Shown here in pieces: positions 18,329 through 26,423 of a stretch of 64,000 bases of DNA (the stretch's first letter is position 1; the number at the start of each line of letters is the position of its first letter). This DNA is from a virus, in IMG/VR virus record IMGVR_UViG_3300033997_000035, positions 1 through 64,000 of that record; one strand, 5' to 3'. The notes under the pieces were generated by a model that was not told the DNA's origin, did no database searches, and saw only the letters and a list, made by a program, of their open reading frames with translations. Position numbers and translations under genes: made by a program.

Positions 18329-18340
18329 GCTGCCTCCTTC

Positions 18341-18550
18341 TTAAAACTCAAAATACTTTGATTCCAACACTCGCAGCACTAAGCTTTGCATATCCTCTGG
18401 CAGATAGTGCACCAGATAACCCACACATAACGGGTCTGATACAATGCCGACAGCGATGCGATCACTTAGTAATACTTTAATATTGGCACCGTTAACGATG
18501 GCTTGAGCGTCTTCTTTAGCGGCTGCAATGGCTAATGGTTTGTTTTCCAT
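18341..18550 (-). CDS. hypothetical protein
   Basis: 69-aa ORF; perfect palindrome GGCAATATTGCC 21 nt upstream. Confidence 0.5.
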   Translation of the reverse strand: MENKPLAIAAAKEDAQAIVNGANIKVLLSDRIAVGIVSDPLCVGYLVHYLPEDMQSLVLRVLESKYFEF

Positions 18551-18625
18551 GTTAAACCCTTTTAAGTTATGGCAATATTGCCCGATGTCTGAATGATGGC
18601 ACAGGGCGATCAGGATTGCAAGCCT

Positions 18626-19129
18626 TTATTTAACCTTATCTATGATTTCTAGGTAGCGTCTCACGTCCTTACCATTTGCTTGATGGACAAACTTAAATCT
18701 AGCGTCTTTGATACGGTCATTTGTGCGACTTGTGATCAGCCTTTTAACATTGGTAAGCGGCAAGAACCCGAAACGGACGAAAGATATATCTACACAAGCT
18801 AAGGTATCACCTCTGCCACAATCACTACAAGAAAAACGATCGTCATCTTCCACCCCAAAAGTGACAGACAATAAAGCATCGTTGCGTTGCATAAGGTTTT
18901 CTGTATATTGTCTTTGCTCTATAATTTGATCTAGATCTAGGTCGCCTGAGTCATTAAATACAATCATTTTACGGCTAGTAATAAAGAAATAATCCTTGTG
19001 GCGGTAACGTTTATCGTTTGCCATTGCTTCACCACCTTGGCGGTATAGTTTGCGCTCATCTCTTAAGATCTTTGCGTAAAGTTTTCTGTAATGTTTAACT
19101 AATTTCATTTCTTGGTCATGCGTTAACAT
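18626..19129 (-). CDS. hypothetical protein
   Basis: Start taken at MLTHDQEMK; contains a CSDCGRG motif. Confidence 0.5.
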   Translation of the reverse strand: MLTHDQEMKLVKHYRKLYAKILRDERKLYRQGGEAMANDKRYRHKDYFFITSRKMIVFNDSGDLDLDQIIEQRQYTENLMQRNDALLSVTFGVEDDDRFSCSDCGRGDTLACVDISFVRFGFLPLTNVKRLITSRTNDRIKDARFKFVHQANGKDVRRYLEIIDKVK

Positions 19130-19197
19130 AATCCTAAACCCTGTATTATTTGATAGGTGAAGCATTGCACACTTGCAAAGCGATTGCAAGCTTTAAG

Positions 19198-19677
19198 TTA
19201 AAAATATTTTTCAAGGTGATCGCGGCAATATTGGTTAAAGCTGTGTTCGCAGTCTATAACGTGTTTAACACCGTCAACAGTGATGTGATAGGCTTTCTTG
19301 CGTAGGTCGAACCGTTCGCACAGGCGATCAATTAAAACGCTGTGGTCAGCCTTTGACGGCTCCCAGTCATTATAAAAGTATAGCTTAGCTGTGACAGGTA
19401 ATGCTTCATAATCAAATCGATGATCTGTATTGATATTGATCCCACGTTTGAGGCATTCAGCGGCTAGGGAGTCGTGGCGATTGTGTAGCCATTGCAATTT
19501 ATCTAAAAAGAATAACTCATGACCTGTGCCCATGCGGAAGGTAGCAGGGATGCGTGATTTGTCCAGCTTTGTTTTACCTGAGATGATCTTGTTTGGGATG
19601 CGTAAAAGCTCACGTGTTTCAGCGATCAACCATTCATTAGTGAGGTCTAATGGGTCTATTGTATTGATACGTGTCAT
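19198..19677 (-). CDS. denV: pyrimidine-dimer DNA glycosylase / AP lyase (T4 endonuclease V family)
   Basis: MTRIN..L.NEWLIAETRELLRIP...FRMGTGHELFF.DKL.WL..R...LAAECLKRG.NI aligns along its length with T4 DenV as I recall it. Confidence 0.9.
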   Translation of the reverse strand: MTRINTIDPLDLTNEWLIAETRELLRIPNKIISGKTKLDKSRIPATFRMGTGHELFFLDKLQWLHNRHDSLAAECLKRGININTDHRFDYEALPVTAKLYFYNDWEPSKADHSVLIDRLCERFDLRKKAYHITVDGVKHVIDCEHSFNQYCRDHLEKYF

Positions 19678-19762
19678 AATGTAAAACCTGTATAGTTGAA
19701 TTGCAGCAAGCCTACATTGTGTAAGAGGAAAATGTCAACAAAATAATTTAGTTTAAAATAGA

Positions 19763-19791
19763 TTGACAATGCGAGGAAGGGGGACTATTAT
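19763..19791 (+). promoter_or_regulatory. promoter TTGACA-N17-TATTAT
   Basis: -35 at 19763-19768, -10 at 19786-19791; drives 19836..20036. Confidence 0.6.
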
Positions 19792-19835
19792 TTGTGGCAG
19801 ATAGGAAACATTGACAATTAGAAAAGGCGGAACAC

Positions 19836-20036
19836 ATGGAACAACACGAAGTTAGAGACGAAAACGGGAAGTTAATATTCAAGCTTGACCATACAGTATT
19901 ATTAAACATTGCCGAAAAGTTAGAAAAGAAGTGGCAAGGTAATAAACTTATTATGACTAGCGATCAGGTGTTAGATACTAATTTAGGTAGACTTTATTTG
20001 TGGGAAGGTTATACCATTAAAGTGAGCGTAAGATAA
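19836..20036 (+). CDS. hypothetical protein
   Basis: 66-aa ORF with AAGGCGG RBS; a rightward island inside the leftward early region. Confidence 0.5.
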   Translation: MEQHEVRDENGKLIFKLDHTVLLNIAEKLEKKWQGNKLIMTSDQVLDTNLGRLYLWEGYTIKVSVR

Positions 20037-20050
20037 TCCACAATCCCCGC

Positions 20051-20079
20051 TTGCATTCTATTGTGGGCGGGTTTATAAT
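20051..20079 (+). promoter_or_regulatory. near-consensus promoter TTGCAT-N17-TATAAT
   Basis: -35 at 20051-20056, -10 at 20074-20079; no ORF follows. Confidence 0.7.
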
Positions 20080-20085
20080 GCTTTT

Positions 20086-20222
20086 AAAGCGGTAGCCTGA
20101 GTTAATCGCGCCTCGAATGGCAAAGGGTTGGTAGCTATAAAGTGTGGGCGATTGTTAGCGGATGCTAATGAGAATTATTATCAATTGTAAGTAATAAAAA
20201 TCCCGCACGATTGCGGGATTTT
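20086..20222 (+). ncRNA. candidate sRNA A (about 135 nt), bounded by a promoter and a terminator
   Basis: Consensus promoter, only a 5-codon ORF, and a strong terminator. Nt 20167-20182 are perfectly complementary to candidate sRNA B. Confidence 0.5.
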
Positions 20223-20225
20223 GTT
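20198..20225. terminator. bidirectional intrinsic terminator
   Basis: AAATCCCGCA-CGAT-TGCGGGATTT with T-runs on both strands. Confidence 0.75.
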
Positions 20226-20233
20226 TGTGTTAG

Positions 20234-20497
20234 TTATTTAAGTAATACACCTTTTAACTTACTTTTGCCTTGAATCCCTACTGTATACGGCCACAAAGTG
20301 ATATAATGGCGATCCTTAAACATACTGCAAGTATATGCTATTTTATAGCAATATGATTCAGGCGCTAACGGGTTTTCACTATGATCAATTATGTGTACCG
20401 TTGTTCGCTTTTCGTCCCTTGGGAATCCTGACACCTTACGATCAAATATTTCTAAAACTTCCGACCTTGTTAATGGCTGTGTTTTCATTTTATACAC
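20234..20497 (-). CDS. hypothetical protein
   Basis: 87-aa ORF. Confidence 0.55.
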   Translation of the reverse strand: MYKMKTQPLTRSEVLEIFDRKVSGFPRDEKRTTVHIIDHSENPLAPESYCYKIAYTCSMFKDRHYITLWPYTVGIQGKSKLKGVLLK

Positions 20498-20779
20498 CTA
20501 CTTGAATTTTGAAGACTTGTAAAACTGTTTAGTTGTTGGATTAATCCGTTTTATACTGCGCCAATCCTCTAAATACTGGTCAGAGTTTAAATTATTACTA
20601 TGACAATATTCTTTGATAACATCGCTCAAATTGGCCTTGTTTATATTGTGGTATACTTGCTGATATTTATCGGAGTTTGGATCTGCTATACCCCAATTAT
20701 ATCTATCATAGCAATCGGGATCGTTGTGTGGAGCGTTTGGATATTTCAGTCTAAATTCTGACCACAACATTTTATACAC
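20498..20779 (-). CDS. hypothetical protein
   Basis: 93-aa ORF abutting its neighbours. Confidence 0.55.
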   Translation of the reverse strand: MYKMLWSEFRLKYPNAPHNDPDCYDRYNWGIADPNSDKYQQVYHNINKANLSDVIKEYCHSNNLNSDQYLEDWRSIKRINPTTKQFYKSSKFK

Positions 20780-20957
20780 CTTTAAAGTATTTAGTTAATT
20801 CAACCTTGCCAGCAATATGATCAGGTATATCCTGACACAAGTCAATAACTTTTTGCTGATCTGTTACATTCATTTGTTTATATTCTGCAATTGCTTGGTG
20901 AATAGTGCCACCTTGCCAGCCTTTAACCTTGCAGATAACTTCTAACACTGTTTTCAT
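20772..20957 (-). CDS. hypothetical protein
   Basis: 61-aa ORF with overlapping start and stop. Confidence 0.5.
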   Translation of the reverse strand: MKTVLEVICKVKGWQGGTIHQAIAEYKQMNVTDQQKVIDLCQDIPDHIAGKVELTKYFKGV

Positions 20958-21361
20958 CCCTTAACCTCATATAAGCTATTGATATTAAATAGAGCCGTTA
21001 CGCCTTGAGGCATTCCGTACGGTGTGAATGCATAGCAGAAATGATCGGCTTTAGCCTTGAGATATTTTCCAGCCTCTTTTTGCTCATAACCAAAAATGAT
21101 CCCTTTCGTTTCCTCCCAATAGTTTAATTGGTCACACTCACAAGGTGTTAGTTTGTGGATCACTTTGCCGACCATATGAGAAAACGATAAAATTTCAAGG
21201 TGATTGAATCCGTGCTTGTCTAGCGTCCAAACGGTACAAGGCGCAAGATTGAGGCGCAAATCCGCCACCATACGCAATAAATTTTTGTTGTCTTCACTTT
21301 GCCATTGGCGATCTTTAAACGTGCTGATATCACGGTTTAATGACTCTAAATTGATATTCAT
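20954..21361 (-). CDS. hypothetical protein
   Basis: 135-aa ORF. Confidence 0.55.
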   Translation of the reverse strand: MNINLESLNRDISTFKDRQWQSEDNKNLLRMVADLRLNLAPCTVWTLDKHGFNHLEILSFSHMVGKVIHKLTPCECDQLNYWEETKGIIFGYEQKEAGKYLKAKADHFCYAFTPYGMPQGVTALFNINSLYEVKG

Positions 21362-21363
21362 GT

Positions 21364-21540
21364 TTAAGCCTCTTCTACTGATAAAATTTTAAAGCTGATC
21401 AAGTTTTTATTACTTTCTAGATATTCGGTAAAACCTTCTAAAGCTTTGTATACTGTATCGGCCTTATATTCCCTTTGCAAGAAATTTTCCCCGTTATTAT
21501 AGATATTTTTAACAGCGACCTTGCATATAAAAGTTTTCAT
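21364..21540 (-). CDS. hypothetical small protein (58 aa)
   Basis: MKTFICKVAVKNIYNNGENF...; below the ORF-track cutoff; first gene of the leftward unit. Confidence 0.4.
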   Translation of the reverse strand: MKTFICKVAVKNIYNNGENFLQREYKADTVYKALEGFTEYLESNKNLISFKILSVEEA

Positions 21541-21633
21541 TTGTTGCGCCTCTTTCTATAAGATACAATAAATTCTACACGATAGCGGCCAATTGTCAAC
21601 AACAAAATATTTTAAATTATTTAAGATTATCGC

Positions 21634-21662
21634 TTGCAATTGGGAGGCGCTTTCCTTATACT
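21634..21662 (+). promoter_or_regulatory. promoter TTGCAA-N17-TATACT
   Basis: -35 at 21634-21639, -10 at 21657-21662; no credible ORF follows. Confidence 0.65.
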
Positions 21663-21668
21663 GTTATC

Positions 21669-21820
21669 AACAAATCAGGAAAGCTTCAGCGGTTAGCCAG
21701 TTATCGCGAGTCTTATGAGTTAAGACCAAGGTTTTGCAGGAACCATCCGATCCCGTCATTCAGCAAACGATAATAATTCTCATTCAGCTTTGTGAATCAT
21801 TATTATTTAGATTCACTTTT
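21669..21820 (+). ncRNA. candidate sRNA B (about 150 nt)
   Basis: Promoter plus GTGAATC-N11-GATTCAC-TTTT terminator (21792-21820). Its 5' motif GCGGTTAGCCAGTTATCGCG is shared with sRNA A, and 21769-21784 is complementary to sRNA A. Confidence 0.45.
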
Positions 21821-22062
21821 GCACAATATAATTTCGAGAGTGGAAGTACTTGAATTTCAAACACTTTTCGCTTATACGAAAAACGTAATAGGTACTCCTA
21901 GAATTTCAAATGAATTTGTGAATTATCAATTTTCAATCTATCCCTTTTTATTTTACATTTCAATTAGTTACAAATAATTTTAGCTTTAGTTCTTATTTGC
22001 TAAATTACTAGTGCACTGTTGTTAGTTTCTTAGTATACCACACATCCTTGTGTGCTTTAACC

Positions 22063-22920
22063 CTACATAACTACCCCGTCTTTACCTCGCTCCCCAATAT
22101 ATGGGAAGTTATAAACATTAAAATCTGACGGGTAGTTTTCCCGTAAATAAGTATCATAAGCCTGTGCAGCCAAGATTGCAGTAGGGTAGTATTCTGTAAA
22201 TCGAAAATGTCCATCCCTGAATACCCTAGTCCTGTACTGGTTATTGACGCAGTTTTTCCTGTAATCCACACCAACATACCCAGTAGTGTTGTCAATTGAC
22301 CTACGACAATTTCTAGAGTTTTCTATATGAGATGCCCGTCTCAGGTTGGATACTCTGTTATCTAGTTTATTACCATCGACATGGTCGCCTACGACATCAG
22401 AAGTTGGTAAGTCCTGTATTCCTAAAATCACCCTATGTAATAGGATATGATTATGTGTAGGGTAGTAACATAAATTATTTACATCTAGTCTACGCAAATT
22501 ATCCTTAGACATCGTCGCCTTTATATAATCGTTATGGTCTTTTATCCATAGTATTTTTGAAAGTTCTGGGTAAATGTCTATATCTACGAGCGTGCTATCG
22601 ACAACCTTATATCCTATTTTACTGGTTCCTGATAAAACAGGAATACGTTTAACCATTTTATCATCTGTCGAAGAATCCCATTCGAACATTATTTCATCAA
22701 AGGTCTTACCTATCATACCACCACTTTGCTGCATTAGTTTTACACACCCATAACACAGACCCGCCTTGGCGTATAGTAATCCTAATGTATCTCTGGCATA
22801 TTGGGCACCTTTGTTTGTAAATCTTGGTACGATGTGATCCCACTTACAAACCTTTCCAGTAAAGAAGTAATATAATCCTTTATTCTGAGCATCTTCTCTT
22901 TTTATTACTTTAAATCTCAT
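22063..22920 (-). CDS. free-standing HNH homing endonuclease with AP2 DNA-binding domain
   Basis: HRVILG...GDHVDGNKLDNRVSNLRRASHIENSRN (HNH) followed by TGYVGVDYRK...YRTRVFRDG...AAQAYD (AP2-like). Confidence 0.8.
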   Translation of the reverse strand: MRFKVIKREDAQNKGLYYFFTGKVCKWDHIVPRFTNKGAQYARDTLGLLYAKAGLCYGCVKLMQQSGGMIGKTFDEIMFEWDSSTDDKMVKRIPVLSGTSKIGYKVVDSTLVDIDIYPELSKILWIKDHNDYIKATMSKDNLRRLDVNNLCYYPTHNHILLHRVILGIQDLPTSDVVGDHVDGNKLDNRVSNLRRASHIENSRNCRRSIDNTTGYVGVDYRKNCVNNQYRTRVFRDGHFRFTEYYPTAILAAQAYDTYLRENYPSDFNVYNFPYIGERGKDGVVM

Positions 22921-23047
22921 CCCGCAACCTCTCCAACTCTTCTATGATATTTTCCAAATCTTCTTCTCTTACAAACACACCTACGTTCCCATCTTCATCT
23001 ATCACGATACGATAGATCATTTCTTGAAACATTTTAATTTCAATCAT
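22910..23047 (-). CDS. hypothetical small acidic protein (45 aa)
   Basis: ORF whose stop overlaps the HNH-AP2 start; below the ORF-track cutoff. Confidence 0.35.
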   Translation of the reverse strand: MIEIKMFQEMIYRIVIDEDGNVGVFVREEDLENIIEELERLRDEI

Positions 23048-23336
23048 CTTGCTTCTCCTTTTGTTAGGGTATAAGTAATGATAACATTAGTTACCAACTC
23101 ACTGAAATACTAAAAAGTTATAACATATATTAAAACATTATCAATCACTTCATAGGAAGCATTATAACGCACGATATCACCTTGTAGCTACCATCGTATT
23201 CCAAGTATGAGAAAGCCCCGCAGAATGCTTCCTATGCGTTTTAATGTGCATGTATGGAGGCTTGCGGGGCTGTGGTTTGGTTTACTTGAGGTGAAAATTA
23301 AAAAGTGAAATAGCATTATAATTTTAAGAACTTTTC

Positions 23337-23534
23337 TTAGTCTGAGTTCCTCACCCAAACAGCGTCTTTCTTGTGTGGACAATTACCATCATCTGGACAA
23401 TCAGCACCTACGTCACAATGGGTGTGTGCATTCAACCAACACAAGTATTCATAGTAGTTGCAATCAGGACAGCATCCGTCCTCACATGCGATGCTATTAC
23501 CATTGTCTCGACAATTGTTTACTGGCTTTGTCAT
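23337..23534 (-). CDS. small cysteine-rich protein (11 Cys in 65 aa)
   Basis: CRDNGNSIACEDGCCPDCNYYEYLCWLNAHTHCDVGADCPDDGNCPH. Confidence 0.5.
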   Translation of the reverse strand: MTKPVNNCRDNGNSIACEDGCCPDCNYYEYLCWLNAHTHCDVGADCPDDGNCPHKKDAVWVRNSD

Positions 23535-23542
23535 AAATCTCC

Positions 23543-24871
23543 TTAGAATTTCTTAGCTACTCTACAATTAAAATTACTTCCCAATACTTCAGCCCATGCA
23601 TCATACATAAATCCCTCTAATTGTTTCTCATAATCAAAGCATGTTACCACACTGTCATGGTAGGGTAAGAAAGGTGCATCAATTGCTTTCATCTTACGCA
23701 TTATTCTTAAGAGGATTTCAGAGTCTAAATACTGGAGTTCATCCCATACGCCTCCTGCAATCCTGAAATGACTCTTTGCATAATAGTTGTAACTTTCGAT
23801 AGCACGTATAATGGCTTTAGAATTTGACAGCCCTGTAACACCATAAAACAGGTTAGCCTTGGCAGAAGTCCAATCATCTTCCTTTACGAACTTATTAATA
23901 ATTGAAATATTCTTCTTCCAGAACTTCTTAAACGTGGCCTCTGGTGTCCCTGAGTTTAGCAAGAACATACAGCAAATTTTAATAATTGAACGGATCTTCT
24001 TAGGGTCATCACATTTTATAAGGTGTGATAAATCAACTCCATATGGATCAAAATCTTCTGGTAGTAGTATTTCCTTTTTCTCTGCAATAATAAGTAAGTG
24101 GTTAGACTTGTAATCTAATTCGATAACAGGTTTACCGTCTATGATATACAATGGCCGCTTGCTGCTCTCAAGACACTGTAATCCACCAAAATAAATCCTT
24201 CCGCCCCATCCTATTCTCTCGAAGAATATCCTTTGTAGGTCTACCTTCTTTGGATAGGTGACAAAACGAAAAGAGTGGGTATTTAACCAGTCACTCATCT
24301 CCTTAATCTCTTTGCGGTGCTTACCTATCCCCTGAACATTTTTTAGTTCAACTACAATTTCTTCACCGCCGTCTATCTTGACTGTTTCTCTCACAATAGC
24401 ATGGTCAATCACATAGGAGCTTCCAAACTTGTCCACATGTTCCTGTGGGAAAAGATTTATTAGCTTGTCAGTGAACACTACACAGCTAGACATATGCTCG
24501 CCTGTTTCTCTGTTATTGTAACCAGAGTAGTTTTCAATAAAGCCTTCCTGTTCAAGTTTATCTAACATCTTCATCAATTTATAGTGTGAGATTTTCTTTT
24601 GCTTAGGATGTTCTTTGTTGAATGTGAGATAGTGTTTACTATTTCTTACTAAGTAGAAACCTAGGTCTAATCTTTTCAGTGAATATGTTATACAACAAAG
24701 AAAGAGTTTAATCTCTTCGTTATACCCCTTACCAAAAAGTTTTAGCAGTATATCACATTGACTTTGGAAGATGTGGTGGTAGTTCCTTATCTCCAGATTA
24801 AGATATGTGTTGCCAACTTTTAATCGTAGATGGTCTCTTTCCTCCGCAGTTAGATTCTCTAATATTTTCAT
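23543..24871 (-). CDS. divergent family-A (Pol I / T7-like) nucleotidyltransferase-like protein, 442 aa
   Basis: GGRIYFGGLQCLESSKR resembles TGRLSS..NLQNIP. VIELDYKSNHLLIIAE resembles motif A DYSQIELRxxAH. KIRSIIKICCMFLLNSG is a degenerate motif B. QYLDSEILLRIM resembles QGTAADIIKxAM. LPYHDSVV resembles motif C VHDE/HDS. Confidence 0.45.
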   Translation of the reverse strand: MKILENLTAEERDHLRLKVGNTYLNLEIRNYHHIFQSQCDILLKLFGKGYNEEIKLFLCCITYSLKRLDLGFYLVRNSKHYLTFNKEHPKQKKISHYKLMKMLDKLEQEGFIENYSGYNNRETGEHMSSCVVFTDKLINLFPQEHVDKFGSSYVIDHAIVRETVKIDGGEEIVVELKNVQGIGKHRKEIKEMSDWLNTHSFRFVTYPKKVDLQRIFFERIGWGGRIYFGGLQCLESSKRPLYIIDGKPVIELDYKSNHLLIIAEKKEILLPEDFDPYGVDLSHLIKCDDPKKIRSIIKICCMFLLNSGTPEATFKKFWKKNISIINKFVKEDDWTSAKANLFYGVTGLSNSKAIIRAIESYNYYAKSHFRIAGGVWDELQYLDSEILLRIMRKMKAIDAPFLPYHDSVVTCFDYEKQLEGFMYDAWAEVLGSNFNCRVAKKF

Positions 24872-25039
24872 AACACCCCTGTATCGCTGAAACGTGAGAG
24901 TTTACTGGGATGTCCCAGATAATTTCCCACTATAATCATAAACTTATTTTAATATACTTCTTATTATTGACAGATATACATAAGAATTATGTATAGTTGG
25001 GAGAGTATACCCGTAAGAGAGGAAGGGAGGGAAAAAAAA

Positions 25040-25417
25040 CTACCCTCTATACACTACATCCTCTGGATGGATCAACATACCATTATACTCCTTAACCTTA
25101 CCTGTCATTCCCATAATCTCGATAGAGTATCTTACACAGTGGTAGTAAGTAAACATCAATGGTTCCTTCTTGTATAGGTCTACAAGTTCTAAGAGTGTTA
25201 AGCTATCTATAGCTTTATTGTAGTAACCGCAAACAAGAGGATTATCCTTCTTATCATACTTAGCAATAGCTGACGAGAACATCTTAGCAAAACCATCTTC
25301 ACCATTACTTTTAAATCTACGCTTAATAGCCATTGCTGATGAACGTTTCAACGAACCAGATAATAGCGCATCTAATACGTCTTGTTCTGTTTTATATTTC
25401 ACTTCAAGTCTCCTCAC
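25040..25417 (-). CDS. hypothetical protein
   Basis: 125-aa ORF. Confidence 0.55.
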   Translation of the reverse strand: MRRLEVKYKTEQDVLDALLSGSLKRSSAMAIKRRFKSNGEDGFAKMFSSAIAKYDKKDNPLVCGYYNKAIDSLTLLELVDLYKKEPLMFTYYHCVRYSIEIMGMTGKVKEYNGMLIHPEDVVYRG

Positions 25418-25488
25418 TGGTTACTATGTGTAATAGCGTAACAACCTGTAATAATCATAACATTTAGTAGCGACTTAATCAACGGACA

Positions 25489-25725
25489 TTAGTAATCCTC
25501 TGGATCAATGTACCCCACTTCCTTTAATCCTTCATTAATCTTATGTGTATGGTATTTGATAACCCCTTCTTCCACTTGTTTACTATACTCAGGATCAATA
25601 CCCCTATTCCTTCGAATGATCTCATTAATGTTCCTAATCACCTTACGGTAGCACCCTTCCTTGTCAGCTTTTAGTAAATCTAAAGCCACTTGTTCAGATG
25701 AGATATATTTGTTCTTACGTGCCAT
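25489..25725 (-). CDS. hypothetical protein
   Basis: 78-aa ORF. Confidence 0.55.
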   Translation of the reverse strand: MARKNKYISSEQVALDLLKADKEGCYRKVIRNINEIIRRNRGIDPEYSKQVEEGVIKYHTHKINEGLKEVGYIDPEDY

Positions 25726-25878
25726 TGTCAGCCCTCTAGATGTGAATGTGTAATAATATAGAATTTATATATCTCTTGGATGTATATTACCATACAATTA
25801 CACATAATGCGATATAATTTATTGAATTGTTCTTAATGGTTGGCTCAACACTACAACATGCCTTTGTGCCATCATCCC

Positions 25879-26247
25879 CTAATCCCACCAATCCAACAAT
25901 TGCTTCTTCATCACATCAAACGCATAGTCGATATCAGCTTGTCTGCGTTTGTTCTGATATTTCATGTCAAGTATATGATACTCTTTGTCGCCTGTCAATG
26001 CCTTAAACCGTTTATTTCTACAATCGAACACAGGATTTACATCATCATAATTATCATCACGAATACGTTTGAGGACATTAGCAACAATATTCATATCACG
26101 TCCAGTGGCTTCACTGCGGAGAAGATTCCCATGTTTAGTGTGCATCTTACTTGCATTCTCGATCCACAGGATCATAGCATCTAGAAGAAACCATTGGTCA
26201 TACCACTTGAATTGTTGATGAAACTGTTTGCGGAATTTCTTTTTCAT
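25879..26247 (-). CDS. hypothetical protein
   Basis: 122-aa ORF; the opposing track ORF 25840..26184 is a shadow. Confidence 0.55.
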   Translation of the reverse strand: MKKKFRKQFHQQFKWYDQWFLLDAMILWIENASKMHTKHGNLLRSEATGRDMNIVANVLKRIRDDNYDDVNPVFDCRNKRFKALTGDKEYHILDMKYQNKRRQADIDYAFDVMKKQLLDWWD

Positions 26248-26411
26248 AAACTCTCCTTAATCTTTTCCAATTCACATTCCCACATTTCCATGAACGCAGA
26301 CTGAATATCCTCCAGTGACATATCTGTATCCAAATACTCCTTAATCTTAGCAAGTTTATATCCCTTCCGCCAGCAGAATTTTAGATTGTTGTATAGTGTG
26401 GTGTCAAGCAT
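26244..26411 (-). CDS. hypothetical small protein (55 aa)
   Basis: ATGA overlap with the downstream gene; GGAGGAA RBS. Confidence 0.4.
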   Translation of the reverse strand: MLDTTLYNNLKFCWRKGYKLAKIKEYLDTDMSLEDIQSAFMEMWECELEKIKESL

Positions 26412-26423
26412 TATTGTTCCTCC

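Noticed and set aside
20089-20135. A tRNA-like gene at the 5' end of candidate sRNA A (GCGGTAGCCTGAGTTAATCGCGCC...).
   Set aside because: It superficially resembles an acceptor stem plus D-arm, but I could not fold an anticodon arm, a T-arm or a 3' acceptor complement.
21724-21742. A hix/gix-like crossover site (GACCAAGGTTTTGCAGGAA) for the serine recombinase.
   Set aside because: Only one half resembles known Hin/Gin half-sites, and I saw no second copy in inverted orientation. I kept it only as a remark under the low-interest inverted-repeat finding.
21792-21977. Plus-strand track ORF (61 aa, non-ATG start) downstream of candidate sRNA B.
   Set aside because: It starts inside the terminator hairpin, has no RBS, and its AT-rich low-complexity sequence contains GAATTTCAAA repeats at 21852 and 21901.
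10893-24871. The idea that the triloop hairpins are N4-type hairpin promoters read by the PolA/T7-RNAP-like 442-aa protein.
   Set aside because: It is attractive but unsupported. The protein is far smaller than any known single-subunit RNAP. There are no conserved nucleotides flanking the hairpins and no evidence of transcription. I mention it only as speculation.
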